Assembly (NCBI GenBank): GCA_037379345.1
Contig: CM074519.1
Span: forward strand, 35,366,103-35,430,102
DNA from: Perna viridis
Lineage: Eukaryota
DNA: 64,000 nt
Direction of reading: 5' to 3'
The notes beneath the pieces were generated by a model, which did no database searches, was not told the origin of the DNA, and worked only from the letters and a program-made list of their open reading frames with translations. A program made the position numbers and the translations under genes. Position 1 is the stretch's first letter; every line of letters starts with the position of its first letter. Positions 24,422 to 35,709 of this stretch are shown here, in pieces.

Positions 24422-24741
24422 ATAAAATGAAAATGGACGAAAACTCTCTTATATCACTTGAAACATTATATGAGCACTTCAAAAATTTGAATCAAACTGA
24501 TGTCTTAGAAAACGACGATGACTTACAAAATGAAATCTTAAATGAAAACGTAAGTGAAGAAGCTGAAAGTTTCAAATCTGAAAAAAATATGAAAGCTTTT
24601 GGCAATGATAAAGTATTGAATGAATATATAAAGTCTACTCTAGAAGAAATGATGCCAATATATGTTAGATTATTTAATATTATTTTAAATACAGGAATAA
24701 TACCAGAAAGTTGGTTTTCTGGTATTATGATAACTATTTAT

Positions 24742-26466
24742 TAAAGTACTCATGTACCGAATCAATTTATATCGATCGTTTGAGTTTTTACGCGTCAAAT
24801 AATCGTTATATTGCAAAAAATGGGATAAAAGGAAAGTACGGTAATCGAATTCAATAGTATCGTAACATAAGCTTAGTGTTATAAATGGTTAACATTGAAC
24901 TCTTTGTTTTATTTTTAAATTCACCGCTTAATTACGAAGGACATTTTAAAAACACAAACACCAAAATTCATAATGCATCGTAGCAGTGCGCCATTTTGAG
25001 CAATATTCAGGTTCGATATCGGTTTACATGGAACACCTAGATGAATGAACAAAAAACTTTCCGACATAGTGCATAATTGAGTTACAAACTACTAGTTGGC
25101 CATTCCCAGTTTTTAAATTTTCAGGTCGAAATTCAATTTATCGACCTCCAGGTCAAAACTATCTGTTAAATCACGCAAACTTAAGCCACAATCATTGAAA
25201 TAAACCATATTTTAAGAAACATGTTCCACCCAAACAGCTACATTTCTCAATTGAAATTGAAACACCTATGGAAAGCGCTTAGTACTGGGTACCTAGTCTA
25301 GAGACACGTACATTAACAAAAACGATAAAATCTTATAATATAATCTGAGGGGTTTGCTCCCATTATCAAATGTCCAGCCCGACTAGTATAACACGAAAAG
25401 GGGAATCCCAGATTTGGGGGTCACTTGCGTCAACTCATTTCCCCTAATAAAATCGAACATATTGCTATCTACACCCTTGCAATCAATCTAATAAATAAAC
25501 CCAGGTACAACCATCAAATACTTCTTATTATACACAGTCGGATTTCATGTTTGATAGTGAGACAAGCCCCTGTGATATAATTGTACCAGACATGCCTGGT
25601 ACATTTACGGCTCTGGGGCACCTACACCTCTATTTTAATAACATACACATGGCCAAAACAGTCAAATAGAATGATTATTGCAAAAAGCAATAACACCAGA
25701 CCAAAAAATGACACAATACTGGAGAAATGCATCATCTAAATTTCTATGCCATCCTCTATGCAAAGTTTCAGTGTATTTGCCATCTGCGGGCTTCCGATGT
25801 CACGAAGTGGTAAACGTAATAAAATACACGATACAGTGAATGATAAGTCAGGATGGTTTCAGGCCTTATGCTATCCTTTTGTAACAAATCAGCCAAAAGA
25901 TGAGCTGCAAATAATAGCCTGAAACCTTCTTCTTTATACAAGTTTCTTGATCGGAACCACTGCCCCTTTTATCCGTCAAGGCCTGCATGAGATATCTGGG
26001 AGACAGTTCTTGCAATTGGTACTCAGCATTCCTCTTTATATTCTAATTCTATGATTGAAGACTATCTATAGTCTTGCAGGGTTTGCATTTCTAGTTAAAC
26101 ATGAAATGGTTTATTATGAGTTTAAAATTAAATAGACAACTTGAATATATCGACACTGAATGAATTGTTTATTCGGGTAAATGCATAGAAATAAACAGGT
26201 ATAAACCAAATTAATCAGCATATCTAGTTTGCAGTAAAAGTTGTTAATTGGGTTTGTTTATTGGCGTCCATAACACAGAATTGAAATTAACATATTAGAA
26301 ATACCTACAAAGTGGACCTAACTATCTACATGTGAACCTTAATGGGGTATGCCAATGGGACTATTTTTCTGTGGTAGTGTAAGATAATTACAAATGCTAC
26401 CAGGATTTACAAATCTTACGGCTCTGGCGACTGCTATATCAATTCTGATCTTCGGTCTAAATTGAT
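24742..26466. mobile_element. 1.7-kb unclassified insertion in the LINE RT
   Basis: Splits the conserved ..ITIY|KNKG.. RT motif exactly; no ORF of 60 aa or more inside. Confidence 0.7.
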
Positions 26467-27941
26467 AAAAATAAAGGTTCCATAACATTGAATTCATGTT
26501 TCAGTAAAACTTTCTCTGCGGGACTGAATAATAGACTGAATAAATTGATTGAAGAAACTGACCTCATATCCAATGCACAAGCAGGTTTCCGCAAAGGATT
26601 TTCTACTGCAGACGATACTGCGCTTTTGTCCGAAACGGCAGAGGGGTTACAAAAACTACTTGATGTGAGATCTTGTGGAAGTTGGTGGCTTCAATTTGAT
26701 ATTAGTAAAACCAAAGTTGTTGCATTTAGTGAAAAGAAATTTAAGCCTAGGCACATATTCAAAATCTGTAGTGAAGAGATTGAGATTGTAGATTCTTATA
26801 CTTACCTTGGTATACTTTTTCAATTTTAATGGTAATATTTGTAAAGCGGAAAAAAAGTTGGTTGATCAAGCACAAAAGGCTTTATACGCTCTTTACAGGA
26901 AAATAAAAAATATTGCTATTCCCATTGATTTGCAGTTGAAACCATTTGACTCATTAGTAACTCCGATTTTGATGTATGGTTCAGAAATATGGGGCTTTGA
27001 AAATACAGATAGTCTTGAGAAATTACACCTTCAGTTTTGTAAAAACATTTTAAATGTGAGGAATAGCGCCCCAAATTGCATAATCTATGGTGCACTAGGC
27101 AGATTTCCTATGGAAATAATAATTAAAAGCAGACTTACTTTATATTGGTATAGCTTACTGGCTGACAATAATAAATTATCATCTATCATGTGTAAGGTAC
27201 TGTTTGCATCCCAGAAATCCGAATAACTTTAAGTGGATATCATTTGCTAAGTCCGTCCTAAACGTTGCAGGACTTACTTTTGTTTGGCATGATAAAAAAA
27301 AAAACTATGGACAGAAATGTACTGAAAACCATTGTTGAACGACAGTTAAAAGATCAATTCATTCAATCATGGTTCTCAAATGCTAATAACTCTTCAAGAG
27401 GCGAATTTTATTTTGAGTTCAAAAAAGAATTTAAGTTAGAATCATACTTGTTAAAACTTAGAGTGGGTGAAAGGCACCAAATCGCCAAACTGAGATGATC
27501 CAGTTTTGAAAATACCATTTGAAACAAGTAGATGGTCTAAGATTCCAAAAGGTCAAAGAGTATGTCATCCTTGTGGGCAGAGAATCGGAAATGAATTTCA
27601 TTATTTCTTTCTGTGTAAGCATGAAAAGATCAAAGAAGTTCGAGATAAATATTTACCAAAATATTATACTATTAATCCGCAGATTTATAAATTAAAAAGG
27701 CTTCTTGAATTTTGTCATAAAGAACTGTACATTAATTTGGCATCATTTATTAGAAATCTTGCTAAATTGCTGTGAAAACCAACCTTTCATTCGTTAGATA
27801 CTTTATATCTTGATACTGTGTTGTGTATTATTTTTATGTTTTGTAATTATTGTATGTGTTGTTGTGTGATTTGTGTGATATGATAGTGTCCTCTTGTACA
27901 CCTATTGTGTCTGAGTTATCAATAAAGTTGTCTTGTCTTGT

Positions 27942-28746
27942 CCCACATATGAATCAATAAGTCGCATGAAAATATTTGTATTTTTGCTGGCCACTTTTTA
28001 TATCTCATTGAAGCAAAAATCCAAAGTTTGTGGTTTTTGTTTTAATTCTTTAAACTTCTACTTTTTGTATCATCATACAAACCAAGTTTCTGTTTTTTTA
28101 ACAGTATAAAAAAATTGCGGCTACGCTTAATATACGTAAGACTTGTAATCTCCAACTCCAACGGAAAATCGCTTAAAATGGAATTTTCCTTAAAAAGTCG
28201 CATAAATTTGAGTTAAAAATAAAGATACTATAAAACTCACAATAAGAGGAATTAAGATAAAAACTTATCCAACATATCTGCTCAATATGGGCACTAATTT
28301 GTTTTTTTTTTCGTTTTAGTGTTACGATTGTTAAATTACTGTAATAAGGGAGATTTTTTTTTTATAATATAATTAAACCCTTGTTGCCGTTTTCTCTAAT
28401 GTTAGAACAAGGCATTTTATGATAAAGTGCATTTCAAAAAAATATTTTTTTCAAATGAGCCCAAGTATTAATGTTTGAACTATTATGAGTTCATTTAGGT
28501 GACAAAAATGTACATCAATATGACGAAAAATGATAATAATAACGCAGCTGGTGCAAACTGTACACTAATACTGTGAACTAATCCGAGAATATTCTTAGGA
28601 TATGGTTTTTGAAAAAAAAAAAGCTTTACCGAGCTTGGTACCAAATCCTTGCCATTTACAATTATTATCGAATTTGCTATGCTGTATTCATTATTTGTTA
28701 ATATAATTAATATTCTTTGGCGACAAAACGATTCGTAAATGGGAGG
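27942..28746. mobile_element. Longer paralog of the 13555-13869 MITE, left end abutting the LINE tail
   Basis: 27942-28030 and 28570-28746 align with the two arms at 13555-13869. Confidence 0.55.
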
Positions 28747-29329
28747 TGTAAGTGTAAAAATCATTATAAAGTTGGCGAGTGGAGGTGTTCAAATTTGCAC
28801 CTCCCAGCTCATGGTCTAAATGTATTAAGCCGTATCTTGTGCATTTTCAAGATAAAAGGCAAAAGATCTTGAACTAAGTTAATTAATGTTTCTACTTTCA
28901 CTTTCACTGTTACTGGGTCCAAAAAAGTTTGCAACGTTTTTGTTGTTTTTTATTTTTGTCCCAGGAAAGTCAATATTTCATGTTTTCTCTCAACTTTAAT
29001 AAAACTTGAAAATTATCAGCTAATTAATAAGTAAATAAAAGTGGGAAAAGACAAAAACGAAATTGAACTTTACTACTTAACAGCAGACATGTTATGTACC
29101 CTGCCCTTACTTATGCAATGAAGGACTCGACAGGCCTGTTGTTTATCTTTCCAACTTGAATTTAAAATGGTATCTTGCAAAAAAAATGCTGTTCGTAATG
29201 TAAATTTTCTACAACGTGTTTTCTTTATTTTTTAAATAATAAGTCAATTGATTAGATATTGTATATAGGACAATCTGACAAAACTTTTAAAACTAAATCA
29301 ATACTTTTTATAAGTTCAACATTTTTAGC

Positions 29330-29497
29330 ATTTTTAGTGGAGTCCGAGTTGCTCGTTTGCTTTTGTTACTTTGTATGTATTATTTTAGTTACTTTATGTT
29401 CTTTGTTGTGTATGTCTGTATTCCATGTCTAGTCTTTGTCCCTGGATTACATTCTTTTGATTACCGCGAGAACCTTGGGCCCCATTGATTACTCTTT
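29330..29497 (+). repeat. Dispersed repeat, copy 5
   Basis: TTTTTAGTGGAGTCCGAGTTGCTC...TTGATTACTCTTT. Confidence 0.9.
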
Positions 29498-29687
29498 GAA
29501 CAATTAAGAACAAATGTTAAATATGTGTTGACCGTTTCTAATCATCTGATACCCGAATTGGCTACTCACACTGATTTTTTTTTATTATTATTTTGTTGTT
29601 TTTTTTATATGCGTTTTTAAAGTCTTTTCATCATTTCCCTCTGAAATATTACTTTATCTATCTACACCATAAATGACGTTTCTCTCT

Positions 29688-30809
29688 TCACAAAAAATGT
29701 GTTGGATTGTTTAAAAAGTCAAATGCATTCTGGCAGATTCTATTCAGTACTTCCTTATCCTTCGTTTCTAACAGATTCACTCCGATGTGGAAATAAAGCT
29801 CTAATTTCTTCCTTTGAATTGACCGTATAAGGCGTTCACACATTGATCTAACTCTCATCGCTAGTTTGTCCTGTGTCCAGTCCGAATCATCATGAAAATC
29901 TTCACATTTCCAAAACAGAATGTTCTTTAGATGATGGGACGTAAGTTCTTTTTTCATCCCACTCGGGTAAAATATATCCCGAAATCTCTTCATTATCTTT
30001 TCTTCCGGATTGTCCCGTTTGAATCAATGCAATCTAAGAGAATTTTCTCACAAGTCACAAATGCGAGTGACCAATAAATTGGATCTTTAGCTACCCCGTG
30101 TATCCCCTCACGTTTTATTTCTTCTATTTTCATCTTTGAAGGCCATCTTGTATTTGACCTTGGCCACCCTAACGCATCGACGAAGGGAGTGTGTCCCTCT
30201 GTAAGGGGTGTCAAGTCAATATTAATATCTTTCCCTGGTATTCCAGGATGACGCAGAGTTAATGTAGCGACTGGTGCATGAATCCGATAGCCTTTTGGCA
30301 TTAACACATTTCATATTAGCCGAAGGTCTATTTACTGCCTCTCCAAATAAAGCTGTGAATCTTCGTTTCACTTTTATTGATAAAATAAAACCGTCGACAG
30401 TCAAGCAATCAGATCCTTCATTTAATCTCTGTTCGTCCCATTCTGGAATATTTCCTATGTGTATTGTGCCTGTTGGGGCAGGTGGTAGTTCGCATGAAGT
30501 TCTTTCTATGTCACATTTCCGTTCATTATATCCAAAATACGCAGCTGGACTCGGTTTTGATGCCCATTGCAACCGACCCACGTCCAACAATACACTGTAA
30601 ACGACCTCGTCCGCTTGTTTTACCTTAAGATGAGAGTAATAGCTGCCAACATTCAGCGGTTGGATCTTAAAACGTGGATCCCTTTGGTGAACATATTAAG
30701 ATAGAATGTCCTGTACAATTGGTATAGCAATGCTAACATTTTTCCTCGTCTCATCAAGTATCATCTTCACCTTGTTCTTATAAAAACGATTTAACATTTG
30801 GTTATCCAT
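29688..30809 (-). pseudogene. cGAS-like receptor (Mab-21) pseudogene, copy 3
   Basis: MDNQMLNRFY start; in-frame TAA at 30696-30698; GSYYSHLKVKQADEVVYSV (DEFD changed to DEVV); frameshifts near 30275 and 29995; C-terminal fragments ELTSHHLKNILFW and FLNNPTHFL. Confidence 0.93.
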
Positions 30810-30875
30810 GTTCAAAAATAGTTTTGATCTAGTATAACTCTCAGGCTACTAATGATTAATTTTGTTTTGATTTTC

Positions 30876-30929
30876 TTTTATATACGTTTTCAAAAAGTTT
30901 CCACAATATTTTTAGACAAGGTACTTCCC
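30876..30929 (-). promoter_or_regulatory. Putative cGLR copy 3 core promoter
   Basis: Minus strand GGGAAGTACC (30920-30929) and TATATAAAA (30876-30884). Confidence 0.5.
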
Positions 30930-31399
30930 AATCGTGGTAAAATTTTCTGTACACCCTGCTTATCAGTTCGTGCGAGCTGACAAGCAGTCCGTATTGATTC
31001 TCTGATTACGTAAAAGAATCTGTCAATACAATGATGCCTTATAGGAATATGGTATGAACACTTTATAAACAGAGCCACAGATACGTTAGAGGAATCAGTC
31101 AGACATGAAACCTTTGTATATTACCTTCAGACGTAAGGATGTCTTCCAGGAATCTGCCAGACATATTAGTATACGAACTACTTTGGATTAATTCGCGATA
31201 CGATACGGACTGATTCCTCCGAGGAACTTGTCAGCGTGACAATCTGCCAGGTGCTATCAGTTCTAACGTCAAAGGGACGTTATTCATTTTTGTTGAAAGG
31301 GTTTTGTTTCTTCAGATTTTTAGTTATCTTCATAACTTTATGGTGAAGTCAAAATTTAAATATATATCGAAGTATCAGAATTTGACGACTCTAGTTGCT

Positions 31400-31570
31400 G
31401 CACTGCTCCATAGGTTAAATTGATACAGGGTAGATAAAGGAAGCACAGGAGGGTCTGAAAAATGCCCAACGATGTTAGAACTGTCAAATTTGCGAAGCAG
31501 ATTTTTGGTCGTTCTGTCCTGCATAAAGTTCAGCGCCCTAGACCATTCGGCCAGCTAGGCCATATAATAA
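31400..31570. mobile_element. Rearranged copy of the tRNA-related repeat at 11550-11885
   Basis: Shares AACGATGTTAGAACTGTCAAATTTGCGA and AGACCA.TCG.CCA.CTAGGC; one segment is inverted relative to the other copy. Confidence 0.55.
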
Positions 31571-32169
31571 TGTAGCTAAAACATGCAAAACCCAGGCAGT
31601 GGGTGGCACATGACAAATTTTGTTTTCAAAATAGCTTTCCTCCATTTCACATCTCAAATGCATCCTTTCTCTAAGTTGAATGTTTGTTTTTGATTAACTA
31701 CAACAATTAAAAAGAAATAAATTACACAGAAAGCATTATAATTCATTGAAAAAATGTAGATAACTCTTTAATTTGAAAAAAAAATTGGTTGCTTTGTTAA
31801 GGAAATTTTCAATCATTTTCAGAGCCATCCATGGTCCATTTAAAACAAACTTTATATTATTTGAAATACATATACTATATGCATTACATTAAAATTCAGT
31901 GTGATAAAATTTACCTTGCGCCATCAATATCATAGGATCTGCCCGATTATTACATGGACAGCCTCTTGTATTAATTATTTACTGAACAATTGGTTTTAAG
32001 ACTATTGTATGTATCCATGTTTATGTACAAACGGTGTGTGTTGAAATATTGTTTTTGTTTTTGTTGTTTGGCGATGGAAAATGTCGAAATCACTGTAGAG
32101 TTGAAGTTCTTGTCCATTTCTGATCTCTATATTGCTGGTAGCCTAAAAATAAAAAGACAACAATATTAA

Positions 32170-32490
32170 AGTGCTATTCTTTAGAAGAATCAAGTAGTTT
32201 AACGTGCTGAGAGAATATCCGTCTTCCAAAGTAATACCAAATTCTAGAGAATTTATTTTGGGTATAAGATCGTTAACGAAGAGTGCGAATAGAGTGGGAG
32301 CTCAACTGTCTCCTTGCCGTACTCCCTTTTCTACCGAAAACCAATTAGTTAATTGTTCGTTTATCCTTATACAACTCCTTAGATCGAAATACATATTCTT
32401 AATTACTTGGATAAATTGTCCGTTAACACTGTATGCAACAAGTTTTTTCCACAGAAATGTGTGATTGATATAGTCAAACGCCTGTGAAAA
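32170..32490 (-). mobile_element. Non-LTR retrotransposon RT fragment
   Basis: AFDYINHTFLWKKL...GVRQGDS*APTLFALFVNDL. Confidence 0.85.
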
Positions 32491-34686
32491 TCCCCGTATC
32501 AGAGGAATGTGTCTTTTTTTCAATATTTTCCGATTTCGCAAGACAACAATTAAGGAATGAATGTGATACAAGAACGAAACTTGCGAAATTCAAAATTTTA
32601 CTCCTGATTCAAGAACGACACAAGTCTTGTGTGTAATATGGAGTTGAATAGTTTAGCAACGTGAGACATTAAGGTGCTTCGTTTAAACACTAGTTTTGGC
32701 TCTTGTCTTTTTTCGTGTGATGTTTGATGTCGAAGCATATTAGTATATTTTGCACACCGATCTGTGCATTTAAGGAATGACTGTTTTCCATCAGGTAACC
32801 CTAAAAGTCATTCAGGTGAAGAAAAAAAACGAAACAGGAGGTGCACTATACCATTTCATAAAAAATGTGAAGCTTAACTTAATCAACAAGAGCAGTTGCG
32901 TATATAAAAGGACCTTTCAACTGTTTGAGCACGCTTGAGCACCTTTAATGTTGATCGAGAAATCAATGTGCAAATAAGTCCACTTCGAACACTAATAATC
33001 ATGCATATTTTATTATTCTAGTGATAATCCCCAAAATACACATGTACTCAGTTTAATTCTTTAATTCTTGAAGTTTGGTTATTTTACATATATACAAATA
33101 CATTTCTATTTACACAACAGAATTAACTCGTGTAGTCCCCATCCCGTTTGTTGGTCCATATATAACTTAATCCTGACCAACTACGACAGAGGGGATTTTC
33201 TGTTGAAAATAGGTAAATCATGCTAAGTAAAAAGTGAGTCTACACGTTGACGTACTCCCAAATAGTTAGAGTGGGGAAACGGCAACAGAGCAGCCCAGTC
33301 GCTTGACTGAGTTCTTCGGTCAGGTATTTCGAAGGCTCAGCTTCGCTACCTCCAACTACTAACACACATCTACTAACACAATCCCCGTAAGGGGCGGTCG
33401 TACGAGATCCGTAAGGGTAGTCAAGACCGTATAAACCACCAATCGCGTAAGTATAAAGTAGTTTTTCAGTGAACTTTCTGACATCGAAAACAATTATTAT
33501 AGTGGGTTTGTCGCGACCGCAATCTTAAATAAATCGCTCGTTGGGAATTACACTAGTGATAGCAAATTTTTCAGTTTCGGGGAAAAGTCAAAATTTCTAT
33601 TACTGGTATTGCCATTTTCAAGTGAATCTAATTAACATTTCATCAATAGCAGAACATATAAAATATGTTGATATTTACCAACAAAACATTTCAGAGGTTT
33701 AGTTTGAAAAAAAATCTATCCAATTGTTGCTTTTTAAATATTATGGTTAAACATTCAGCCAAATATTTAACAAAATTTTCATCATGACATATATTTTAGT
33801 ACCATTTATGTATCCTCTCATTAAAAAAAATATATTTTTTTAATTTTTGGTATTTGAAACATACCTAATTTTTTGCATTATGAATATTTATACTATCTAA
33901 GCTTTTTAAAAAGTACATGTTTATCATCGAACTTATAACTGAAAACTTCCATAAAGGTATGTCCATATTTTTTTTTTGAATTAATTGGTGGTCATATAAA
34001 ACTAAGATTCTGGGACCCAGAAATATGAAATATGCGATACCACCCTTGTGTACACTACAAATACAGATATGACATATCTGTGGAAGCTTTTTTAGAAAGT
34101 TATTACAGAAGCAAATATATCATAATGTTATTTAAATATCTCTGGTTTACATTAAATATTTAAAACAGTTCATCAAAATACGTAAATGTATAACTAGAGA
34201 TTTGTCTTCTATATGAATAAACAACAAGGAGTTAAATTTACTCTAAAGGTCCTTGACAACAACAACTAACTTTATCATAACGTAATCGTAAAATCGTTAC
34301 GTTGTTGTGTGTCATTTTATTTTTTTAGAATCACGGTAATTAGCTGATATTTTCTGTTGTTTTGAAATGACCCCTAACCGGAAGTTATTGAGTTCATTGA
34401 GTGGCCATTTGCAGGATGAACGAAGGATTTGATGAAGACACCGGACTTTTGCATCACAACTCAAAGCGCAAATAAAAAAACTCTTTGGAAAAAGTGATTG
34501 AGTAATAACTGAGGTTTGTGCTCGGATGTTTCTTTTGAAGAAGCACATCTCCTGGTGCAGGTGATTCGAGGTTAAACATACCCCTATCATAGACTACTGT
34601 CACAGAGCGAAAGTACATGAACTGTCAAACTTATATTTCTATTTTGATTATAGTGTAATCATTGTTACAAGTTAGTAAATACAAGT

Positions 34687-35709
34687 ATGTTTCGTTTCGG
34701 TCACAAGAAGACTGACAAAGAAAAGAAGGAGAAGGATGAGAAGAAAAAAGAGAAAAAGGAAAAGAAAGATAAAAAAGAGAAACAAAGAGAACCAATGACT
34801 CAAGAAGAAATGAGTAGACTTGATGAAGTAAAGAAGGGGATATTCAGACGCGTAAGCGATAGGGATAAAAATAAAAGATCATCAAGTAAGTATGTATCAC
34901 AGGGGGATGTTGTACCAAGAGATAGCAGTGATAGTAGTATTAGTTCTGGTGCTAAGAGTCCAAGTTTAGAAGAACTTGCTAAACCAACTGCCCGACCAGT
35001 ACCTGAGCCAAGAAAGAATCCGCCTGCTCCTGCAACAAAACCTAAAAGCATTTTAAAGGCTAAGTCCAGTAACCCACAGACAATAAGCAAAGAAATGGAT
35101 CCTCAAAAAGTTCAAGAGAATACAATTAGTAACTGTCTTAATGCTCATTTGATTAATGAAAGCAATGGTGATGTCAATCATGCAGTAAATGGAGATTCAT
35201 CCCCACAACTTCCAGTGTCACCTCCCAAATCCCCTCCAGAAACACCAGAAAAGTCCTTTAAAGCTAAGCTTTCTTTGCCTGACATCGTTCCTCCAAAACC
35301 ACCAAGAATCAGAGAACTAGTTCTTCATAGACAACCAACAGGAGGATTTGGCTTCAGCTTGAGAAAAGGTATAATTACTGAAAAAGGGGGTGGTGACAGT
35401 CAAATAACTAAACATTATGTGATATTTGCTGAACCAGGTAGTGGGCCAAGAGCTCCACAGACAGGGCTTATTCCTGGGGATCGTTTAGTAGAGGTGAATG
35501 GTGTTAATGTTCAGAATATGACAAGAGAAGAAGTGGTTGAATTGATACAGAAGTCAGATGATATGCTGAAGGTTTGTGTGCAGCCCATACCAGAGCTTAT
35601 AGAGTTGAGTGTTCGGCCAGCTTTAGATGGTGGACAGGTAGAAATTCAAGATGATGTTGTCAAAGGAGGAACCCTGAAGAGAAGCTCTAGTCTCCGCTAC
35701 AAAAAAGGG
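34687..35709 (+). CDS. MYO18A: Unconventional myosin XVIII, coding exon 1 (KE-rich region, Pro/Ser-rich linker, PDZ domain)
   Basis: KKEKDEKKKEKKEKKDKKEK...MTQEEMSRLDEVKKG; PDZ GGFGFSLR..IFAEPG..GLIPGDRLVEVNG..VQPIPELIELS; phase-0 donor GTTGGT at 35710. Confidence 0.92.

Larger units (their letters stand above)
19880..27942 (+). mobile_element. Decayed CR1/L2-group LINE (ORF1 plus endonuclease-RT ORF2) with four nested insertions
   Basis: ORF1 remnant 19985-20929 (coiled coil, DLKCRSMKYNLIFTGL, PIVARF). Endonuclease FLNVCG..VETKL and SVVDY; RT GIIPESW, QAGFRKG, ADDT, YTYLG; C-terminal RVCxxC..GNEFHYFFLC; AATAAA plus (TTGTC)n tail at 27921-27942. The 5' boundary is approximate. Confidence 0.9.

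Noticed and set aside
32170-32490. RT fragment as the piece deleted from the 19880-27942 LINE
   Set aside because: It covers the same subdomains, but nothing in the sequence links it to that element; more likely an independent insertion.
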